Positions 55,286 to 64,000 of a stretch of DNA of 64,000 bases are shown piece by piece (positions within the stretch are counted from its first letter, which is position 1; each line of letters starts with the position of its first letter). A program made the position numbers and the translations under genes. The notes under the pieces were generated by a model, which searched no databases, had not been told where the DNA came from, and worked only from the letters and a program-made list of their open reading frames with translations. This DNA comes from Octopus vulgaris (Eukaryota). The stretch lies in the NCBI GenBank assembly GCA_951406725.2, contig OX597831.1:51584001-51648000 (forward strand). The letters run 5' to 3'.

Positions 55286-57051
55286 CTTTTCAGCCCACCC
55301 TTGTAAATACTAGGCTCAAAAATAAGTACTTGGGTTGACTTGTTCAACTAAAACCCCTCAAAGTGGTGCACCAGCATGGCCACAATCCAATAACTGAAAC
55401 GAGTAAGAAATAAAAGATGAAAGACATAAAAATTGTAGTGCTGAAATTCTGGTTTGTAGATAAGATTTCATTTTAAAATCCTTATAACTACAATTTCCTA
55501 TCAATAAAACTTATGCTGTTGATGCTTTAAGTAAAAGCCATAACATTACAACTTTCTATTTCTGTTTCCTAATCTCCATAAAGCTATTCAAGCTTCTTGA
55601 TATTTTTCATATATAATTAAACTATACAGCCATATCACGACTTAGTAAATAAAATAAATAAACTATACAAGAATACCTCGTCTTATATCAGTAACTGATT
55701 CCAGAATATGTGACTTAACTCGAAAAATGATGTAATTTGAAAAGTACATTAAAAATACATTGAAATTTATTAAAAAAAGACTATTTTATTTGATTATTCT
55801 CTTCCAGATTTTTTTTTATATTATATGCCTTTAAATTTGTTTGCTGAGACTAATATAAAGTCAGATAAATCAATTGAAGTTGAGTTTTATTTTCTCCTGG
55901 AAAAGACAGAAGTTGAAATGACATAATTCAAGGTATACTTGCATTTCTCTTATTCATAGTGCTCAAAATGGTTATATTTATAAGTTTGTCCAAGGAAGAT
56001 TGTAAGTAAACAAAATGACCCAACTGGGCAAGTCAGTTGCAAATAACACCAACAAATCTGCATAAAGAACCTAAATTTGCTGGCTCTGGAACTGAAAAAA
56101 GATAGAAATAATTTTTTTCGGCAGCTATGATGAACCATAGATAAAAATTGTCAAACTGAAGCTTGATAATATTTTAAAAGTCTTCTTAGCTACATGTTTG
56201 CTCAATTAGATCAAGAAACCCAAGTGTCATTTTTACATTGACATTAGTAAGGAACCAGCTTGGAATAACTGGTCTTCTGTTGACAATGCTCTCAATTATA
56301 AGTAGTTTCAAATACACCTTACAAGCTCAGATATGTTCAAGTGTGTACATAGTCAATATATGATGTGTTGAAGAAATGAAGTTAAGAGTTTATTTTTGTG
56401 GGGGAAGCAAGAGAAGATGTTGTGTTTGTATATTTTAGTTTTTTTTTTTCTAAATTATAAATACATGTCTGTTGCAGCTGGTTGAGATGATATGGTGCCA
56501 TTATTTTCTGGCCAAATGGTGAACTGTCCTTATCCTGTGACCAGCACTGTGATCTTTTCATAGCAGAGATATTTTTTTTACTCTTAATAGTTGGGTATAG
56601 TTCTTTGGAAAGGAAAATTTAGAGAAGGTCGAATAATTGAGGTTAGTGTAATTAATTTGTAGATTGAAGACAGAGTATGTTTTTACACACATCTGCTTAT
56701 ATACAGAGACACCAATATGTACATACATAAAGCACACAAATACAAATACACTGACCACAAGCTTATCAGTTCAAATCTTGTCGCAACTGTCATTTATATT
56801 TTTGGTTTGCCTAACTCAAATTCTTTCTAATTCTCTGTTATGGCACTGGATAATGGAAATTCATCCAGCAGTAAGAGAAAAGCCAAGTCTTAACATCATC
56901 ATCATTGTTTTATTATTCTCATCATTGTTGTCATCATCATCATTGGTGTCGGCCTTGTCAGCATTTTGTCATCATCGTCATTGTTGTTGTCATTATTATC
57001 ATTATCAGCTTCGTTGTTGTCATCATGATCATCATTGCTGTCATCATCACT

Positions 57052-57270
57052 GGGATTTTTACCTTTTGACCAACAGATTAAAAAAATTATTTTATGTAAC
57101 TAAACACTTTCAAACTTTGGACACTGGTAGAATGTGTCATATAAAAGATATTTTACTCTTAGCATTTTTGAGAAAAACTTATATTTATGAAGTTATCTCA
57201 CGTCAAAGTTCTCGTATTTCAGTAATTTCAACCAATCAATGATGTGCATTCAGCTGAATAAAATTACTGC
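57052..57270 (+). mobile_element. Diverged single arm of the 30736-31471 foldback family
   Basis: AACTAAACACTTT..AAACTT..ACTGGTAGAATGTGTCA..AACCAATC blocks colinear with the TIR. Confidence 0.65.
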
Positions 57271-59644
57271 CGTTGTTTGTCAACAACAACTATTGGTGGT
57301 GTATATTTAATTTGTCACTGTTATTTATGACATCGTTCATGCGTTTGTAGGAGAAGGCTACCCAATGTGAAACCTACAGCTTGTTGGTAAATGAAGCTGT
57401 CTTAGCTCACTGAGCCACTGTAATTAGATCTCCAAGGCTAAAGAGTGGGATTGGATTTTGAAAACTGACTCACACTTTAAAACTACCATCCACAAGTAGG
57501 AAGAAATGCTTTGCAGCATCAACGGTCAGTTTCCATGGTGACTTGAGGGTATGCCTCTCTTCATCATGGTCTTTGTATACAAAGAAACTGTCACCATCAT
57601 CACTTAGTCATACTAATCTTGAATTAATAGAGTCTTGTATTAAAAACTTCATAACAAAGACTAGTCTTCTTATTCAGAGCCAGAAAATACTCAAGCTCCC
57701 AAAATTACTAATCATCTTCAAAGCTCAAGTGAGACTCACAATGTAATATTGATTTCAAATTTTGGCACAAGGCCAGCTAGTTTGGGGGAGGGGTTAAGTT
57801 GATTACATCAACCCCAGTGCTCAACTGGCACTTATTTTAATGACCTTGAAAGGGATGAAAGGCAAAATTGACCTCAGCAGAATTGGAACTTAGAACATAA
57901 ATATGGACTAAAGGGATGGTGCTTCTACTGCACATATAGACATCTTTGACTACACATAAAAAAAAACTGTACAAGGTGATTGGCTTGAAGTCACACACCA
58001 AAATCAAACTTGTAGACTTCAATATCTGACCCACAAATGTAATGTTTCTATGTTTTTTTATTGCTTTGAGGATCAGAGGTCTCTACAGAAGCCTCTGATT
58101 AGGTTTGGCTGTTGGATACTAGCAATTTGGTATGGCTGACTGGATATTGAATCTGTCTTGACCACAGAAACGTTTAGCACTGGAGTCAAACACACAGTCA
58201 CAAAAACACACACAGAGAGGCACATACACACACATGCAGAGATATGCACATACAGCCAGAGAGAGAGAGAGGATGGAGAGAGAGAGAGGGGGTGGAATGA
58301 GAGAACATGATTAATTCAAAATGTGAAAGAATAAGAATTGTATTTGACAGAATAATCTGAATGCTAAAGGGTTAAAATAAGTGAAACAATGAAATGTCAA
58401 GTAAGTCAGTTGAATCAGTGACACCAAATAGATGTTACCAAAATGGCTGTGTCAAAATACTTCATACTTTGTGTTGTTCCCTCCTCAAGCCCTGCAATAA
58501 CTACTTCACCCAATTGTTTTTTTACTTCAGAATGTCACTCCTCTGGAAATTAATCTCTGCCTATGTTTTTCCTGCAGCTTTTCAAGAGAAACATCAGCTA
58601 TAAAGGCCATGGTCACAACTCCTTCATCCTGAATCAAACCTTTAAAAGAAACAGTTCTTCTCTTGTACCAAGAACTGTCCTTATACTAAATACACTCTAA
58701 ATACCTCTTTTGTAATAAATATGCATCTCTAGTGCTAAGTATCTTTTGTAATAAATATGCATCTCTAGTGCTAAGTATCTTTTGTACTAAATCCTGATGT
58801 GTGATATTCAAAACAAACTTCATACCCATGTACAAAACTTTGCTCTTATCAATGTTGATGAAATGCTATATGTTGATCACATTTATAGCTGATTCACATC
58901 CGTCCTCAACTTTTCTTATGAACACATGAATAACTGCTTTATATTAATTTAAACTACTATTTTATATGGTACAAAAGTTGTTTATATTATTTTAAAGTGT
59001 TGTGTAATAGTCTTTCCCATCAATTTAAAAAATTTTTTTTTACTGTATTTTGTATAATTATGTCATGACATGGACTGAATAGGTCTACACTACAAGTAGA
59101 AAGTGTAAAATAAAGATCATCATTGTTGTTGCCACCATTGTTTTAATGTCCATTTTTCCATGGTTTTCTATGGCTTGATACTGTTCCTGTCATGAAGCCT
59201 CATTTGTTTCTGAGTAAGGTACTATTTCCACTTTTCGTGAAAAATGGGAAACGAACGACACTGCTTCAATGATGGTGACATTCACTTACAACTATCACAT
59301 GATGTCAAAAACAAGGACACACACACACAAAACAACCTTCTTTTAATTTCCATCTACCAAATTCACTCACAAGGCCTTAGTTGACCCAAGGCTGTGGTAG
59401 AAGACACTTTGCTGAAAGTGCCACACAGTGGGACTGAACCTGAAACCATATATCTAGGAAGCAAACTTCTTAGCCATACAGCCATGCTTGTATCTATATA
59501 TAATTATGTATCATAGCAATCTCAACACAACCCCCATTATTTTACACTCTTCTCTTGTACTAACTACTTTTCCTTTTCCTGTAAGTAACTTTTGTCAGAA
59601 ATATTGTTTGTGGTTCTTTTCTCTATTAAAAATTTACCCCTTAC

Positions 59645-59681
<37 letters not shown>

Positions 59682-59767
59682 ACCGTTTATCAATTCAAAA
59701 TGAACAATCAAATTACACCTAGAAAATTAATTGTTCATTTTGAATTGATAAAAGGTGTTTCTTTCTA

Positions 59768-59807
<40 letters not shown>

Positions 59808-60130
59808 TTGTGAAATTTGATTTAGTATTTCTAAATTGAATTTTTCCCTGTAAGTTAGGAATAATATTCCCTCAAATAATTATTATTATATATATATATA
59901 CCCATTACTATTGTGTGTGTGTGTATATATATATATATATCTTTGATTTGCTCTTTTATATTATTAGTCACACTATTATTCTCTATCTTTTTCATTACTC
60001 AATCTATTAACTAAAAGACATTTATAATTTATTTTCTTTTGGGCATCACTCTGGCTTAGCTGCAGTAAATAATGCCTCCATTATTCATGTTATTATGTAT
60101 AAATACCTTCCAGCATTCTCAATCAGTTAA

Positions 60131-60350
60131 CCCTTTCGTTACCAACCCAGCTGAAACCGGCCCTGTCTCTGAGTACAAATGTCTTGTTTTCAAAAGTTCT
60201 GAATTAAAATCTTCCACCAAACCTTAGTCACAATTTATGTTCTTAACACTAGCTTAATAATAACTAAGTTATTTTACTAAATTCTTTGTTATATTTGAAA
60301 TAATTGAAAGAAACACAGAGCATCTCAAAATAAATACAGTAATGAAAGGG
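60131..60350. mobile_element. piggyBac-like MITE
   Basis: TTAA-CCCTTTCGTTAC...GTAATGAAAGGG-TTAA. Confidence 0.7.
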
Positions 60351-61032
60351 TTAAGTGAAGGTCTAATGCTTCCTGTATTCACTCTGCTTAGCAAATATCC
60401 CTAATGATCTCAGAGCCCTCTTGCTTTAACCCTAAATTATTTCACTGTTGGACTCCATCTTATCCTGCTCTGCTGAAGGTAGACAAAACCTTGAGTTGAC
60501 TTAAGTTGGGGTAATCCCTTCTTGTTTTTATTTAACAGGCGCAGGCATGGCTGTGTGGTAAGAAGCTTGCTTCCCAACCACATGGTATTGATAGAAATAT
60601 TTGTTTCTTTACTACCCACAAGGGGCTAAACACAGAGGGGACAAACAAACGGATTAAGTCAATTATATCGACTCCAGTGCATAACAGGTACTTAATTTAT
60701 CGGCCCCGAAAGAATGAAGGGGAAAGTCGACCTCGGCGGAATTTGAACTCAGAAAGTAACGGCAGACGAAATACAGCTACGCATTTCGCCCGGCGTGCTG
60801 TTTCTGCCAGCTCACCGCCCTTTTTAATATTAATATTTCTAAGTCTCTCTAAAGGAGACTACGGCAGCGGTACTGGATATTAACAGTTATCGCCAAGCTA
60901 ATATAGGACGAATGCTGCCGTTGATTAGCTCCAAGAGGCCATTGCCTCTAGCTAGCTATGTGACACACGAACCTGTGTTCATTATAACCTTTGAACAGGA
61001 GAGGTCAGCCACTTACCCTTCCTGGTCAGGAT

Positions 61033-61075
61033 TCTGTAGACTAGTTTCAGGGTATTTGCCCTTTATCAATGCAGA
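61033..61075 (-). ncRNA. Minimal hammerhead motif, U3-A8 variant
   Basis: minus: TCTGCA-TTGATAA-AGGG caaata CCCT-GAAA-CTAG-TC-TACAGA. Confidence 0.7.
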
Positions 61076-61865
61076 GCAGCCAAACCCAGAGAAAGGCATA
61101 GGCTGATAAAGTTTGGCACCAGTGACATTGCAACTCATTTCTATAGTTGAGTGAACTGGCATAATGTGAAATAAAGTGTCTTGCTCAAGAACACTACAGC
61201 CCAGTCCAGGAATTGACCTCATAATAGTGAGCCTGACAATCTAACCAGAGCCATATAAAACCACTTCCTCCTCTACAATCACAGGAAGTTCCTTTAACTT
61301 GCAAGTTACTTGGTAGCTTCACCAATACTGGTGCTATGAAAAATAGCACCTTGTACACTCTATAAAGTGGCTGACATTAGGAAGGGCATCCAGCTACAGA
61401 AATGATGCCAAGGCAGTCACTGGAGCTTGATGCTCCTCTCTAGATAATAGGATCAGTCTTGTCAAACTGTCCAATCCATGCAAGCGTGGAAAACAGATGT
61501 TAAATGATGACACATACATGATGGGCTTCCATGAAATCTCTAAATTTCATTCAATTAACAAGGTGTGAGTTGACCTGAGGCTATAGTTAGAAGACACTTG
61601 CTCAAGGTTCCACAGTGAGACTGCACCTGAAACCTATTTCTTTACTACCTACAAGGGGCTAAACACAGAGGAGACAAATGGATTAAGTCGATTATATCGA
61701 CCCCAGTGCGTAACTACTACTTAATTTATCGACCCCGAAAGGATGAAAGGCAAAGTCGACCTCGGCGGAATTTGAACTCAGAATGTAACAGCAGACGAAA
61801 TACTGTTAAGCATTTTGCCCGGCGTGCTAACGTTTCTGCCAGCTCGTCGCCTTTTAAAAATGTCC

Positions 61866-61893
61866 TGGAGATGCCAGGGATTGAACCCGGGGC
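61866..61893 (-). pseudogene. 3' half of a tRNA-Ala-like gene
   Basis: GCCCCGGGTTCAATCCCTGGCATCTCCA resembles the T-arm and acceptor strand of metazoan tRNA-Ala, followed by a short trailer and TTTTT; 5' half replaced by SINE-head sequence. Confidence 0.6.
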
Positions 61894-64000
61894 ATAGTTG
61901 TGAAGCAAACTTCTTAACCATGCAGCTATATATTATAACAGAATAGTAGTAGACACTTGCTGGAGGTGCCACACGGTGGGACTGAACCCAGAACCATGTT
62001 GGAAAATAAGCTTCTTACCACAGCCACACCTGCACCTATCACTTGGTTTTCTTTTTTTCTTTTTGAACTATTAGAAGTTATCAAAGAGCTCAGTATTTTT
62101 GATTTCAGAGGAATGGGTAACTGGAGTAATGGCATTGAGGTGTTTTCCAAGAGTATGTGTAAAGCAAGAGAAACAGCAACAATCAGATGCTTTGAGTATA
62201 TGTTTAGAAACAAACAGGTTCTTCTGTCAGGCTATAAAATATTTAATTAGAGAGCTTTTTGCATGTTTACACAAACTAATCAAATAGAATTCTTGTTTTA
62301 TTGATGATGCACACATAGAAATACCAATTGAATAGAATTCTTGTTTTATTGTCAGACAAACAGAAAAAAGTACAAAAAAAAAAAAGAAGGAAGGAGAAAT
62401 TGAAGAAACTTTTAAAGCTTCATCTTTATTAATGCATCCAATGTCTCTCAATATTACCAGATAAAAAATAGATACAGAAATGAGCCACAACACAAACTTA
62501 GAGAAAAAATATATATTTATTAACGGCAAGAGATTTTTAATGCCATGATGTGAAAAATGTCCATTTACAGATGACTTAAAGAAAGAGAATTGTATGTAAG
62601 TGTATGTGTGTTTAAGGTTCCTCTCACTCACCAAAAGTGGTGTCAAAATATAAACAGAAATGAAGGAGACAGTCCTTTATGTTAAATATAAACAACAAAG
62701 AACACACCTTGAATATCAATTCTCTAATTTAATGTAGATGGAAGATTTAACTTGGTTGCTAAATAATAAATTCATCAACTTATATGAAGTGCTGCTCGAG
62801 TTAATTTAGCTGGTTTAAAGCAAAATCTGCAAATCTTTATGGTTGAGTCACAAATCCTTGTTCAGATCTGTAGGCATTGCATAAATCTTCAGAGTTATAT
62901 AGGAAAATGCTATCCATACACAGTACAGAATTAAAGCAGACTGATTCATCAAATATCCAAACTGCAGAAGACCTTAGACGATCACATATTCAGAAGATTT
63001 TGTTGGAAAATGTATTTGAAGCTACAAAGGATAATGTATACTATGTTCATTAAGCAAAGTAAATTGAAGAGTTTATCCAATTAACTAATTGCTCAATGAA
63101 TACAATGAAAAAAAAAAATAAAAAAAGAATGGTTTTCAAAACTAACTATTTGTATAGGTAATTACATTTCTTTAAAATGGTGATTTACCCAAATGAGCAA
63201 CATCAACCTTTCACTAATGACCTCATTTGTTTAGCGAATATTTTAAGTTAGGGAGATCTTTTTCAATCTCGGAAAATTTCCTTGAAAATAACAAGATCTA
63301 ATCCCAAATCAGATATAACTATGGTTGAATGGTTAAGATCTATTTGAGATCTTATGTCACTAATGCCTGTTTTGAGATGCAAATATTGAATATCTATTTT
63401 GATAATAATAATAAATAGTACACATTCCAAAACAGTCAAGTCTATAAAAAACGAAAAATATAAATAAAAAACTTACAAAATGCTTATAATTATATACTAC
63501 TTCCCATAAATCAGATTTCTTTCATTTAAAGATAAATAGTGAGTGTAAAATAAATCATTATAGTTTATAACTATAAACCAAAAATTAAGGGGTTACAATG
63601 ACCATTTGCCAAATACTAGTTAACTTTTAAAATGGAAGTGAAATCTCAAAGTTTTAAATAGAGATAAAAATCATTAAAATGAGAAATTTAAAACTTGGGG
63701 AGAGAAATCTTTCAGACACATGCATGTCATTTCAGTTTAATTTGCTTATATAAGCTTAATTAAATCAAAGATGATTATTTAATTTATTTGAAGCATTAGG
63801 AACCCTAAAAATAACACTGACATTGCTAATAGAAACTAATTCCTTCTTAGACTATAGTTCTATGAGGGCCTTGCTTTGCACCAAATCTAGTGAGAAAAGG
63901 AGGAAAAATAAAGTATGTTTTCAAAGTAATGGACGATATGTGTGACTTTAAACATGGTGTAGTAATGAAGACGTTCCTCCAATATTTAAGTCAGATTTTT

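Noticed and set aside
56664-57242. 192-aa ORF with a His/Cys-rich stretch
   Set aside because: Runs through a (CAT)n microsatellite and a transposon arm; no domain features

Overview
AT-rich, microsatellite- and transposon-dense animal genomic DNA; the SINE and LINE repertoire suggests a cephalopod (octopus), which is an inference. Two spliced protein-coding genes can be assembled on the minus strand with GT-AG boundaries and consistent phases. The first is a class A J-domain co-chaperone (DNAJA1/4-like, 5 coding exons, 402 aa, CaaX end) with a perfect heat-shock element upstream. The second is an unrecognised 342-aa secreted protein: signal peptide, G/Y/W/N-rich N-terminus, and a divergent VWA-like domain. 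The rest is RTE, CR1/L2 and R4-like LINE relics, tRNA-SINEs, hAT/piggyBac/Tc1-mariner MITEs, a Helitron, a foldback element carrying telomeric repeats, a 5S rRNA copy and a tRNA-Ala fragment. The most striking signal is six or seven minimal type I hammerhead ribozyme motifs from unrelated, probably Penelope-derived inserts, mostly beside (TA)n tracts. Their catalytic cores show three different Watson-Crick combinations at the 3-8 tertiary pair (C-G, U-A, G-C). A separate pseudoknot with HDV-ribozyme-like topology is also present. All calls were made by eye; nothing was searched or folded computationally.
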